DNA of 64,000 nucleotides from Octopus vulgaris (Eukaryota): NCBI GenBank assembly GCA_951406725.2, contig OX597818.1, positions 12,400,001 to 12,464,000 of the forward strand, read 5' to 3'. Shown piece by piece: positions 25,560 to 39,699 of this stretch (position 1 is its first letter; each line of letters starts with the position of its first letter). The notes under the pieces were generated by a model. It saw only the letters and a program-made list of their open reading frames with translations, ran no database searches and was not told where the DNA came from. The position numbers and the translations under genes were made by a program.

Positions 25560-27170
25560 CAGTCTGCTTTGTGGAAGTTCGGATCGGAGAGATTTTAGGT
25601 ACTTCCTTTAGGCTGTATGTCTCTGGCTACTTTTGTTCCATACATAGGACCAGTGCAAAAAAGTCAGAAGACAAAGTGTTGCAGGAAAATCAGAAAAAAT
25701 ATGAGGATGTAGACCTATGTATGGCATGCGGTCGGATGCACCTGAAAAAGATTGTCCGTATAAAAAAGCAAAGTGTTTTCCCTGGGGGTTTACAGGACAT
25801 ATAAAATCACTGCAAAACAAGAATGATAAGAAAATGGAAAAGCATGAAAAATAAATAGTTTGTCAGCAGGAAAAGTTGTGACTACAACAAACAGAGTTAG
25901 AGAATTGAATGAGAGAACTGAAAACACTAGTGTCTGAATGCAGTTAAACACGGGAAGTGATCTCACAATCATAAAGAAGAAAACATGGGAATAAATGGGT
26001 AAACCAAAATTATGTAGTCCAAATAAAATAGCGTACAGTGTTACGGGAAGAAAATTATATTCCACAAGCTAACGTGCTGGTAATATAATGTTCAATGGTC
26101 GAACCAAAAAAGTGAATTTTACGTGTGAAAAAAATCCATGAATTTATTTGGCACCGAATGTATGAAGAAATTTAATCTATGGGATACACCCATCAGCGTT
26201 ATGCGCAACAGCGTAAACGGAGTTGTCAAACAATCGAACGAGGTGATGAAGTTAAAAAAAAGTGATGTGGAACTACCAGTAACTTTGGAAGAACTAAAAA
26301 GAAATGCGAGAAACGACAAATTTATTAATGTGGTCGACAAAAGGAAATAAAGACAGGTCTGATTCAAAGAACCGCCAAGATGTGAGCGTGTATTCTATAT
26401 GTAATGGTGTACTAATGTACACTCAGGGGTCACACCACAGATATTGCATATGAGAATGCTAAAAGAGTTCCATGTGGGACATCTAGGCATTTATAGAATG
26501 AAAGCGCTGGTGCGAAGTTTCGTATACTGGCCAAGCATGGACAAGGAAGTTGAAAACCTGGTAAAAGGTTGCAGAGGATGTGAGCTGGTAGCGAAACTAC
26601 CTACTACAGTGAACCTTGGCCGGAAGGGAAAATACCATGTTCCTGATTGCATATCGATTTTGCAAGCTCGGTAAATGGATATTATTACCTAATAGTAGTG
26701 GGCAGCTACATAAAATGTGGTCGTGAGGCGTAAACGACCAATCTCATATACGGTAATAAACCTCTTACACGAGTAGGTCGCAGGATATGGTGTACCAGAT
26801 ATAATTGTCTCTGATAATGGAACACAGTTTGTATCCTGTGAGTTTAAAAGATTCTGCTTTAGAACATAAAACTATAGCACCGTATCACCGTAGATCGAAT
26901 GGAAGGGCCGGTTCGTGGACACTTTTAAGAGAGTTTTAAAGAAAGCTAATAAGAAAAGCATGGACGAGGTCGCTATCCAAGGGTATGCAGGGTAACACCG
27001 CTAGAAGGAAGTTCACCAGCAGAATTAATGTTTGCCAGAAAGGTGAAGTCAATATTCGATAAACTGTTACCAGTGAAGAAAAATATACGTGCTAATAAGG
27101 ACATGCCAAATTGTTTTACAATCGGTGATAAGGTATAAGAATGTACAAAAATGGCAAGTATCTACCGTAG
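25560..27170 (+). mobile_element. Ty3/Gypsy LTR retrotransposon internal remnant (gag zinc knuckle, protease, integrase; RT/RNase H absent)
   Basis: CMACGRMHLKKDC..KAKC...GH; QLNTGSDLTII (compare LDTGS); FHVGHLGIYRMKALVRSFVYWPSMDKEVENLVKGCRGC; GVPDIIVSDNGTQF; APYHRRSNG; FVDTFKR. Confidence 0.88.
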
Positions 27171-30100
27171 CATTGCTTTCTACGTTACACAGTAGTAATT
27201 CTTCAGTCTTGAAACGGCATTTTGTCAGAAGAGCTTTATGCAGAAAGCTGACCATCGTAAAATTAACTTTAATTCAGTCACTCATCTGGGGTAGAGTATT
27301 GCCGAACTTGAAATTTGATACATAATCTTTCAAAGTTTAATGAAATTATACCACCACACTTTATGATTGCTAAGGCCTCGAAACATTTTAATTCCGTGTT
27401 ATATTCTTTTACCAAAACATACCCAAATATGCAATTTTCAAGATTAACTGAATGCAAAAGGAAAAAAATCTGTTTATTACAATTACAGTCATGTTTTACT
27501 TGTTCATCTCACATTTATAACAGCAAATGTCCATTGTCTGCTATAAAATGTTGTGATATTTTACTTCCACCATTTTCTTGCTTTAGCGAAAAAGAGATTC
27601 TAAATATTGACATTTAGTTTTGTATCCAGTACATCATTATTTTCTTTTGATTACATCTTGTAATTGCTCGAGTTAAATGAGCGATGCACCGCATATACTG
27701 TTCTGTTATAAATGTCGTAAGGTAATCATATAATGGAGGATAGTATATCCAATAAGTTTATGTCTAAATATCAGGCAGCCACAAAGAAAAAAATCGTAGG
27801 TAAAAGCTTTATAGTTTTTCAAAATATCGAATTGTAGATGTTTGAAAGCAGTTCAGATTTCCTAATATTAATCTTATCATTTGTTTCTAAGTTCGCTTTA
27901 CACAAGGTTTCAATCACTTTTATCTTTTATATTTTTCTTAGGAGAAATGAGCGATCAAAAGATTGGAAGAAATTACTTCAAACATCTGTAGTAGTAGTTT
28001 ATACCTGATGGTGCATTACAACTTCAGTACCCTACTTTCTCTTCATATGGAAGGAATGAAGAAAGTTTCATTGTTGTCTGATGTCGAATATTCTAGATAA
28101 ATTCCTATTTTCAAATTTGCTTTCCCGACATTTGCATTTCAATAATGGATCAAGAATCAAATCTTAAGTATATGAAATTTTTTGAAATCAATATATCTTA
28201 AAAGGTAAAATCGGGTACACCGCATTTAATGGTCTAAAGGAGTTAGCAAGGAATCAAAGAACATATGAAATAATCTATTTAAAAACAAGATTCGTCTAGT
28301 CATGCCTAAACATAAATCTCTTTATTTACTGACGTTCTTAGCATACTATTTCAGGGCATAAAACGCCAGCAAAGAACCAGTTATATTACAAAAGAACAAT
28401 CAGATTCTAGAAGATAACAGAGCATTTTCTTTATAAATATTGCTGATGTCTACTAAAATTCTCCGATGGAAACCATTCATAAAATGAAATTTAAAATATA
28501 TCAATTTGCAAGAATGAGTTCCGAACAATCACTTTCAGAATTGTTACATCAGAAAATATTCCTATACTAAAGTATAATACAATATACATTACTGATGAGA
28601 ATTATATCCACAAATATGTTATATACCACTTCATTGTTGACTGGCATAATTTCTTTTGTTTTGGAGCATCCATATATTTCATTGCATCTGCACGCTAAAA
28701 TAAGCTCCTTAAAATTTAAGACCTATTTCAGAATAATAACGAAGTGTTTATAAAGGTAAGTGACTCTATTCTGTAATTAGAGCAGAGTTGTTGTAAAGAA
28801 CAAGTTGACTGGGACTTCAAGTTTTACCTTGAAGTTCCATTCTATACTATATTGGAAAATGAAAGGAAAAGTAAAAAAGAACATGTAACGATTGCAAATT
28901 TTCAACGGGAACTCTTTCTCAATTAACGATAGCAGGATTCCTCAGTGCCTGTTCTTAACTTCAATTTTGATACTGTTAACTAGCAAAGAGAAACATTTGT
29001 CTAAGGATAGAGCATAGCAGGAAAAGTCTGGTATCGACTTCTCGTTGTTAGGTGAGCCTTAACGCCGAAATACATCAATGTATTTGAAGCTATAATCCGT
29101 TATTTTAGTGATTTAATACCTCATTCGTCTTCCTTTTCAAATTTATAAAACTAAATAAACTAATATATTTTTCCCATAAAATATTTTGCTAATTTTCTCG
29201 CTGGAAATATTGATATTTGATGAATAAGCACAAGGTGAATGTTTTATTATTAAAATATTATGTGAACAGAATTAATTGATAGTTAAAATTATGATAAAAA
29301 AAGAAATAATTTGAGACCCTTGCTATTTGGGTTTATAACTTTGTGAGCCAAGAATAAACTTTGTATTAGATTGTCTGAACTATAACTCTATTCAATATTT
29401 ATTTTTTTAATTTTCCTGTAAGAAGTTACGGTATATGACTTATTCCCTTATAAATTACTGGTACTTAATCGATTCAGTTGGATTTGAGTTAAAGAACATA
29501 TGGTATCAAATCTTAATCCACAAGTATAATGTGTGTGCCAACTACACTGCTCTAATAATTGTTAACCATATTGGAATGATTGATATTATTGAATCACATT
29601 TCATGTAGATTGGATGTATGTAAAAACCGACGACTGCCAAAATAAATCCTCGATAAACAACAATATACTCTCCTTAACACTGGATTTGAAGTAAATTACA
29701 CTTCTTTGATTTTTTAGTCACTGTTCCAGATATCAAAGAAATATAGAAGCTGCAGATAACGTAATCTTAAAGCAACATTTTCCATTGTGAACTCTAAGAA
29801 TGATAAACACCTTATCATATATACACACTCATGCTAGAAAAGTTTTTATTAGTTATTTGCTTTTTGAGCCACAAATGTTGTTAGGTTATTTGCATTTTAC
29901 AATCAATTTTACTAATATCGATTCTTTGGAAAGACGTCTCTTCTTACTAGGATATGTCTCATAACTTCTGAATTGAAAATTATTTTAAGATTTAAAAATA
30001 AAATTTCTTGTATTTTCAAGACGTGACTGAAACAAAAGAATATTCAAAAAGAAAACAAATGAATAAACCTTTGTTAAATACAAATAGCTAATAAATATAA

Positions 30101-32976
30101 GCACAAAAACGCAACAAAAGAGGAATTAAAAAGAAGCAGAACTGGGAAAATAAATTGGAAATAGATTGTTCTTTTATTGCCTTAAGTAGATTGAGATTGG
30201 TTATCGATTTTGTGTGTTGGTTTATTTGATGTAGTTCGCAACTCACTCGGTAGATAGCGAAATACGATGAGTCATTTTTATGTGCACCAAGATAAAAGCG
30301 GTAGTTTTGCCGGAGACAATGTGGTAAGGTGTCTTTCAGTTAAAAGTTTTATTCTTGCTACCAAGGAGATTGGTGTGGGTCGAGGAAACAAAACGGTACT
30401 TAAAATGTTTGAAGTACATGTAGAATCTTAATATAAAACGACGTGTTACTCCAGAAAATTTATCAATCTCAGTTAATTGAAGTAGCATTATCAAAGCACT
30501 AATTCTATGGGAAATTACTTGTTTGACGTAGATTGTCACAGATTATTAAGTTCTGTGACCAAGAAAATAATCTATTTCAACAGATCTCTGTAATTTTGTA
30601 AAATTAGAAAAAAATGAGAAAAAAACACAAAAACTTTTATGCAAAACAGAAAATAAAGGTAAAACAAAGAGAAAAGTGACAGATTTAGAGCATAAACTAA
30701 AATGTTGCGACTAGATAGGTTTTAAAGATATCAAAACTAGAGTGAAAATGTAGTCCTCTGTTAGAAGTGATTAATTCTAAAATTTTACCCTCCTAGCAAA
30801 AGAATGATGTTGGAGAGTGAATATGGCAGCTGTTTACTGCATTAGGTCATTAAGTATCTAAATATATCACCATTGCAGCAAGAAATTTTATTCCGCTAAT
30901 TAGTTCTAAAAGTACATTAACAAATTGAATTTAAAAAGAAACCCCTAACCTCGAATGATTCAGGTACGTAACTTTTTGATGTGGAATATATGTGATTAGA
31001 GTTGTTTATCTAAAGAGAAAATAATCAAGTATGACGTATGCTAATCAGAAACCCCACCACATTTTCTGATGTTTTCCTATTATTTAGGTTGTTTGACTGG
31101 GTTTTACGAGGGGAACCTTAACTGAATACATATTTTATATTTCATTTCTTTGGAGCCTAATGTAATAATTAGAACTAAAAAGGTATATATTGTAGTACTG
31201 TAAGTTAATGGCATATTATTTCATTACACAATGCTTATGTAGTCTTAATTACAACCTACTTGGACTGAGAAAATATGAGCAAGGTACAGATGTCGTTGAA
31301 ACAGCCAGGCGACAATAACAGTATAAATCTCAAAACGTATTCTCTTCTGAGTGCTGCAAATCAAATATTATGCGATGAATATTAAGATTAAACAACTGTA
31401 AAATTTGTAAGTAAAGAATATATTAAATAAGAATATATTAAATATGTATTTAGTTACTACAGATAAAGAATAAAATCATCTGATAGCATTTAACGGGACA
31501 ATGATTTAACACTAAAAAATTCTCTCTATATAATATAATTGGAAAGGTAATTTTCATGCGTCTATTAAAAGACGAATTGAAGCAGAAGAGCTTATTGGCG
31601 ATCTCTGTATGTTCCTAGTACCTATTTTATAGACTCAGTGAGAAAAAGATGTAATTTGGATTAGTTTGAGACAAAACACAGTAGAGAATAAATCGTACGT
31701 ATCAACAACTGCTGGTATATAGTACGCCATAGCATTGTATGTTATAATATAAGCCTTGAATATTAGTTTATCAATTCTAGTTTAATGCTATAAGCTAGGT
31801 AACGGTGATGTTCTCTTGTAACAATGATTTACACTTAAATTCGTAATTTGATCCGCTTTAAATCCTCTATAGTATAGGTCTTAGAAATCCGCTGTGCCCA
31901 GCTTTTCGCTTGTAATACATGAAATGTGAAATACATTTGTCCTAAAACACTGATGTATCGTTTGCGTATAGTTTGTAGATACATTATTTTTAAAATGCTG
32001 TTGTTCACATCTGATTTGTAAGTATAACCCCTATAAAAGTTTCAAAACTTAGTTAATGTAAATTTCCATAACTATGAGAAAACCATTTCTTTTCAATAGA
32101 ATATTCTTTATATTGTTTTAACGTAATTTTCAAAAATTTATAACCTAAAAAATAAAACATAACAGAGACAACTCAATTGTTTTTTATTCTCTTTTTAATT
32201 CAACATCCATGTTTTTATCTTAACTAATGGTTTGGCTAATAGAACTTCACTCCATAGAAATGTCCGCTTGCAATTGCGAGCATAATTGTTTAATTACTAA
32301 TGTCAGGCATTTTCTTTTATTAAGTAGATTACATTGCCATGGCTATTAATTGATTTTTAGGAAGTAATTAATATAGTCACACAAATTTAGAGTTTATTAT
32401 AGGATGAAATTCGGCCTTGTCTTCAAGTATGGAATCTGAAAGCCTCATACAAACTGCCTCTTGGTAAAATTAATTGCATTTTTATTTGAAATTCTTTAGT
32501 GTTTAACATTAAGAATATATAGACATTTTTTTACGTCCTTTAGTTCTCTATATCTCGCAATGAATGAAGCAGTTGGCTGTTTCTTGGCTGAGTAATGTTT
32601 AAAACTAATAGGAATTGAAAGCAAATGAAGATTGTATACAATCCTGTTGATAATTGAAACAAGTTCAAGTAAGTATATATCTCAAAGCTACAAAATTTGA
32701 TTACACTAATTAGCTGTAGAGTTGGTAAATTGTTGCTGAATAGGATAGTTAGCGGATCACATTAGCACCACTGGTGCTAATTTCTTTTCCATATAGTGTA
32801 TTTAAGCATTGCTTCAAATGCTAATGGAATATACAGTGTTACTTCATAAGCAGTTCTTCTTACCAGCTTGCAGATTAAGGTATTTCAGAGTTGCTATCTT
32901 GGATAATGAAATATTGTTCGGATAGTTGAAAGACATTTCATTCATTTCTCAAACTAAGACACTCAGTATTGCGTAC

Positions 32977-33168
32977 CTTGTCCTCAACGCTCTACATTTA
33001 GAGTTCCTTTTATTCGCCTTGCAAGGAATGACTCTTCTTCGTGAAATACATGTAGAACACGTCAGACTGGCAGTGCCAATGCAACTACAAATAAGATAAC
33101 ATTCAACGATAACAATACCACCAAACAAAAAGAAAAACACAAAAGGCAAACTACTTTGGTAAATCAAC
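32977..33168 (-). CDS. Candidate 192-bp coding exon: hydrophobic segment followed by a Cys-rich cationic peptide
   Basis: Acceptor ctaattaaaAG, donor AAG|GTACGC, symmetric phase 2; the open frame reads LIYQSSLPFVFFFLFGGIVIVECYLICSCIGTASLTCSTCISRRRVIPCKANKRNSKCRALRT. No partner exons confirmed. Confidence 0.25.
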
Positions 33169-34609
33169 CTTTTAATTAGAAGTAAACTTCATGCACCATT
33201 AAAAACTTATAAGCCCAATAAACACATGCTTCAAAAGTAATCAGAATTATTAGCGATTTTAAAAAAATCTAGTCACAATAAAAGTAAGTTATGCCGTTGT
33301 AAATATCTTTCACGGACATTATCTGAAGAAAAGAATTCAATTTCGTTATCCCGTTTAATACTTCACCGCACAGTTGCATAAATCCTACCATGTGACACTT
33401 AACCGGTAGTCATCTAACCAGTTCCATGATCTGTTGTTTAATGTGACACCAATAAATGTATTAATACCAAACACTATGTTAGTTTAACGGCTAATTTCGA
33501 TAACCACACGCAAATATCTCTTTGTCGACATGAAGTTCTGCTCGAAAATAGAGATTTCGACATAACTTCGATAATTTTGAGACAGCTGAGCAAATACCAT
33601 CAATTTACGAAGTACCGCTATTTATGCCCAACCGAAAAACTAGTGTTTTCATCCCGGACGCATCTTAAAAAGTAACTGAAATCTTCTAGCAGTTTTAGAG
33701 ATTAAATTTCATTATTATTGAAGAATTATATGATTTCACATCGTTAACATTTGATATCACACAAGAATATTAATATTAATACTCCCTTGGTATAGCATTA
33801 TATCATATGAGTGAGTTTTACAGGACAATCAACTTCAAATACGTTAAACATTATGACTTTGGTATGTTCGTATTCTTCTTATTTAGATAATATATCTAAA
33901 AGAAGATTCTTTTCGTGTATGGCCTTTTCAATTTTAGGACGGTATGTTGGGGATTCAGAAATATTTACGCGGATGAATTGGTTACATAGGAGGAGTCTCA
34001 CATTGGTTCATGTTAAAAGAAAGTGTATTATATTAACCTTGATAAAAGAAGAAATACTAAGGAGGAAGTCAACATTAAAGAAGGTTAAATGAACTTTTAC
34101 CCACTCTTAGAGTTACTGTATCTACAGAGTTATTAGTGGTACTGTTTTACATTGCTAATTGACACAATAAACATAAAATGGATGGTTTTAATATTAGCTG
34201 ATGGCTCTGTTTTATTTAAAGAAATTCATTATTACAACATAACATACACATATGTTGAATTACAGAATGGCTATTTTATGAGATTGGTTAATCATTTATA
34301 GAGAAAATGATTAAGAAAATCCCGTAGAGAGGTTCAGGTTGACAGCGATTAACCAGACTAAACCTATAAATACTAATTAGATACAAACAATTGTATACTG
34401 TAAATAATAATTAAATAAATAGAGTTGCGTGTCTCTATCACATTCATATTTGTTCAGGACGTATTAAATTAATTTTATACAGTTGTGGAACAGACATGAA
34501 ATTCAATCGAAGATCAATAACTCGCCAGCTGAAGTAATGCATTTCATAGATATTCATAATAATCAGCAGGCGTAAGGGACAAAATGGCAAAGGAATGATC
34601 TGTTATGAT

Positions 34610-34890
34610 TTTATCGTTTTACTTGTTTCAGTCATTGGACTATGGCTATGCTGGGGCACCACGTTGAAAGGTTTACTCGAACGAATCGACCCTAATACTT
34701 ACCTTTTAAAGCCTTGTACTTATTCTATCTATCACGTTTGCCGAATCGCTAACAAGTTTGCTTCCCAACCAAATCATTTCGGGTTCAGTTCCACTGTGTT
34801 GTTCCTTGGGCAAGTGCCGTCTACTATTGACTCGGGTCGACCAAAACTTTACGAGTGCATTTGGTAGACGGAAACTGAAAGGACATCGTG
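34610..34890. mobile_element. Two joined SINE family B fragments in opposite orientation (tail on -, head on +)
   Basis: 34610-34750 is the reverse complement of the tail; 34752-34890 is the head on +. Confidence 0.7.
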
Positions 34891-34922
34891 TATACATACA
34901 TACATACATACATACATAATAC

Positions 34923-34969
<47 letters not shown>

Positions 34970-34972
34970 TTG

Positions 34973-35040
<68 letters not shown>

Positions 35041-35126
35041 CATACATGCATACATGCATACATACATATATATATATATATATACATATATACATACATA
35101 CATATATATATACATACATATATGTA

Positions 35127-35385
35127 GAGGCCCGTTGCTTAGTGGTTAGGGTGTTGGACTCATGATCGTAAGGTTGTGGTTTCGATTCCTGAACCGGGCG
35201 ATGCGTTGTGTTCTTGAGCAAAATATTTCATTTTCACGTTGCTCCAGTCCACTCACCTGGCAAAAGTGAGTAATCCTGCGACGGACCGGTGTTCTATCCA
35301 GGTGGGGAATTTCTACGCCACTGAAACCGGGAAACCGGCCCTTATGAACCTGGCTCGAGAAGGAACATTTATTTATTTATTTTTA
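35127..35385 (+). mobile_element. SINE family C, near full length
   Basis: gcttagtggttagggtgttggactcatgatcgtaaggttgtggtttcgattcctgaaccgggcg (tRNA-like, A/B boxes), body shared with 13262-13516, (ttta)n tail. Confidence 0.85.
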
Positions 35386-35429
35386 TACATACATACATTC
35401 ATACATACATACATACATACATACATACA

Positions 35430-35495
<66 letters not shown>

Positions 35496-35516
35496 CATAT
35501 GTGTGTGTGTATGTGT

Positions 35517-35720
35517 GTCCACCTCGGTCATGAATAACCATGGGATTGCACCTAGAAAGTTCCCTTCCGAAGCACAAGTCCGGGTAAGGCTGTTTTCGTG
35601 GAAGGCCAGCAATCGCACATGCATACCAGCCTCCCCTCTCCACGCCACCAATGTTATCTATGCGAGAGGCAAAGACCGATACAGCTGGGTACGAGTGACG
35701 TCGCAACCTCATTTCTACAG
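35517..35720 (-). mobile_element. GC-richer interspersed repeat fragment (probable SINE body/tail)
   Basis: Composition contrasts with its flanks and it is embedded between microsatellite and SINE B sequence; single copy here, family recalled rather than demonstrated. Confidence 0.4.
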
Positions 35721-36206
35721 TTTTGAGTTTGTGTTTCTCCCCACCACCGCTTGACAACCGGCGTTGGTGTGTTTACATCAAGGCTACTGCCGAAACAAAT
35801 AAACAATACGCGTTTCGTCAGAAGACGAGAGAAAATTATTTGTTGTATCGTGTTACGTAATAAGGATAGTTGTTGCACCGTTAAGCACTTTCGTTAGAGT
35901 TGATAAACGGTGATAACTGTGACCGAATAAATAGAAGATAGTGCAGTTTGGTATTTTAATTAGATTTTACATCGTATTTACTAAGTTGGTAAGGGTACAT
36001 ACGGATATTTAGTGCATCAGTAATTGTGAAACCTCATCTACATGTTTATCCTAAAACGTAGAAACTGAAACGCACTCTCGCACGCACACATATAAGCATA
36101 TGGGTGCAGATAAGTGAATGAAAAACAGTGTATATCTGGTATTTATTTTGTTTAACTTAGTAAGATGAAAACCCAAGTGGAATGTAGAGATAATGAATAT
36201 CGGTTT

Positions 36207-36818
36207 CTGATTTTGGCACAAGGCCAGAAATATTTGGGAAGGGGTAAATTCGATTACGTCGACTCCCAGTGCTCAACTGGTACTCATTTATTCGAGATTT
36301 GGTACTTATTTATTGAAAAGCAAAGTCGTCTTCGGCGGAATTTGAACTCAGAACGTACAGACGGACGAATTGCCGCGAAGCATTTTGCCCGGCGTGCAAA
36401 CGATTCTTACATTTTTACTGCCCACAAGGGGCTACACACAGAAGGGACAAACAAGGACAGACAAACGGATTAAGTCGATTACATCGACCTCAGTGCGTAA
36501 CTGGTACTTATTTAATCGACCCCGAAGGGATGAAAGGCAAAGTCGACCTCGGCGGAATTTGAACTCAGAACGTAGCGGCAGACGAAATACCTATTTCTCT
36601 ACTACCCACAAGGAGCGAAACACAGAGAGGACAAACAAGGACAGACAAACGGATTAGGTCGATTATATCATCCCCAGTGCATAACCGGTACTTATTTAAT
36701 CGACTCCGAAAGGATGAAAGGCAAAGTCGACCTCGGCGGAATTTGTACTCAGAACGGCAGACGAAATACCGCTACGCATTTCGCCCGGCGTGCTAACTTT
36801 TCTGCCAGCTCGCCGCCT
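36207..36818 (-). mobile_element. SINE family A, multimeric (head plus about 3 tandem body units)
   Basis: The unit ...ggcggaatttgaactcagaacg..cagacgaaatac recurs three times; head ggcggcgagctggcaga at 36818. Confidence 0.9.
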
Positions 36819-37007
36819 TAGTGTTAATTATCAGATTCCAAACAAATGAAATTATGCATTGAACTATATTTAGTTCGACACTCATTCGACAAACCCATCT
36901 TGTTTCCCAGCATATAAACGGTATTTGTTAAGAGATGTTATAGAAATATGAGGTCACGTGATCAAATTGATTTAGATTGCCATTTCCTTCAAGGTAATTA
37001 GCTTTCG

Positions 37008-38099
<1,092 letters not shown>

Positions 38100-38254
38100 C
38101 ACGAGTTCAAATTCGTTGCAATCAATTACATATTTTGAAGAAGATCGCTCTGATATATAAACACATACACATACGCGCGTGCACACACACACACACACGC
38201 ACACACACACATACACACACACACAAACAAACACACAAACACACACACCTTCCT

Positions 38255-38560
38255 GATGAACAATTTCATGTTTTAACCACGTTACGAAAGAAAGGATCGA
38301 GCTACGTAAAATAAGGGATATCATCGCCGTGAGACGAGAGAAAACACTCGGACACGTACGACCCACACCCACAGAGAGAACTGTGAGACTCTCTCTCAAG
38401 CTGTTGTTATAGAGAAGACGTGAGAGGTGAGGTATACCTATCAAAACCTGGTTAAGGACTGTGGAGGAGAACCTGAGAATGTGGGTGCGGGCTCAGGGAA
38501 TAGCTTCTGACTTCCCTAGGGTGGGCGGTTGTACTCATTGTCCGATGTTCTAAGCGGAGA
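38255..38560 (+). mobile_element. RTE-like LINE extreme 3' fragment, degraded
   Basis: NHVTKERIE...LGHVRP..ERTVRLSL...KTWLRTVEENL, resembling RTE R.W.GHV.R...TW.RTV. Confidence 0.5.
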
Positions 38561-39699
38561 TAGAGGAATTAATACTTAACCTAACTGCCAAGAAGCAATT
38601 GACTTCAAATAAAACAAAAGATCATCTTTTTGTCTCGGTTTGCCAGATTGATCACATTTATGTCTTCTATTCAACATAGTGAATAAAAATAAAACGTATT
38701 CATTTAAGATTAGTATTGAAACTTGGCACACACACACACACACACACACTCACACACACACACGCATGCACGCACGTACGTACGTATGTATGTATGTATG
38801 TATGTATGTATGTATGTATGTATGTATGTATAGAGAGAATTAGAAAGATGTATTTATGTATATCTGTGCTTTACAATTTCATTATACTATATAAAAGAAA
38901 GCTAACATTACTCTATATAGTCGTAACATTTAGCCTATTGTGAGGAGCACGCTTCAAGATGATTGCAGCAGTTCGAAGAATTGCAGCGTAAATGAATGCG
39001 CTGACATCTATGTATGAGGGGGTATGCTTAAAAAATGTGTAGCTTTCATAAGTACCAAGTAAAAAGTGAATGTGAGGCAGACGCGTGTGAGACACGTTTC
39101 TGAAACTTTCCTGCGTTATCCAATGTGATCTGTTAAGTCGTTACGTTTTGATATAAGGTTGATTTTACTGATAATTCTAGCATGTAGAGAAGCCACTTAG
39201 AAGCACCTGCTTTGATTTTATCAGCAGTTTATATCATCTTATAATAAGTATTCATTATTTTGTTTATTTCATTGTGGGTTGTGATATAAATGATCAAAGA
39301 AATTACTTATATAGCTGGTAGCTATCACGATTCGTATAATGTTGTTGTCATAACTACATTGAGTAACGGTTTAAATAGGATGTAGGTTCAGAAGTAAACG
39401 TATCTCGTGAATCGCTAAGATGAATGACTGTGGTGGTAATATCAAAGATCAATCTTTCTATGGATTTTGTGAACTGCACTTGATGAATCTACGTGATGCT
39501 GATTCAAATGGCTTTTCTTGGTTTATATTTCTGTTGGTTCTACCCAGTTTTCAAATTCTAATCATTGACAATTGTGAGTACAAGTATCCGATATCAATGT
39601 TGCAATAGTGCAATATTTCTTTCAAGCTCTTTGTGGTAACAATCAGGTGTATGAGGCTTTCTTAGTTACAGAGTCTATCAATTTTTAGATTTTCTATAT

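Noticed and set aside
35127-35205. tRNA-like sequence with a CAT anticodon-like loop
   Set aside because: It continues directly into a SINE body found in several copies and lacks a proper acceptor stem; this is a SINE head, not a tRNA gene.
35800-35830. Minus-strand cugacgaaacgcgua
   Set aside because: The core and GAAA overlap with no stem II; not a foldable hammerhead.
36300-36780. Regularly spaced repeats that could suggest a CRISPR array
   Set aside because: The units are about 180-bp full duplications without unique spacers, the context is eukaryotic, and there are no cas genes.
38250-38302. CUGAUGA...GAAA on the + strand (isolated CTGATGA also at 14281 and 28592)
   Set aside because: No stem II/III pairing; expected by chance.
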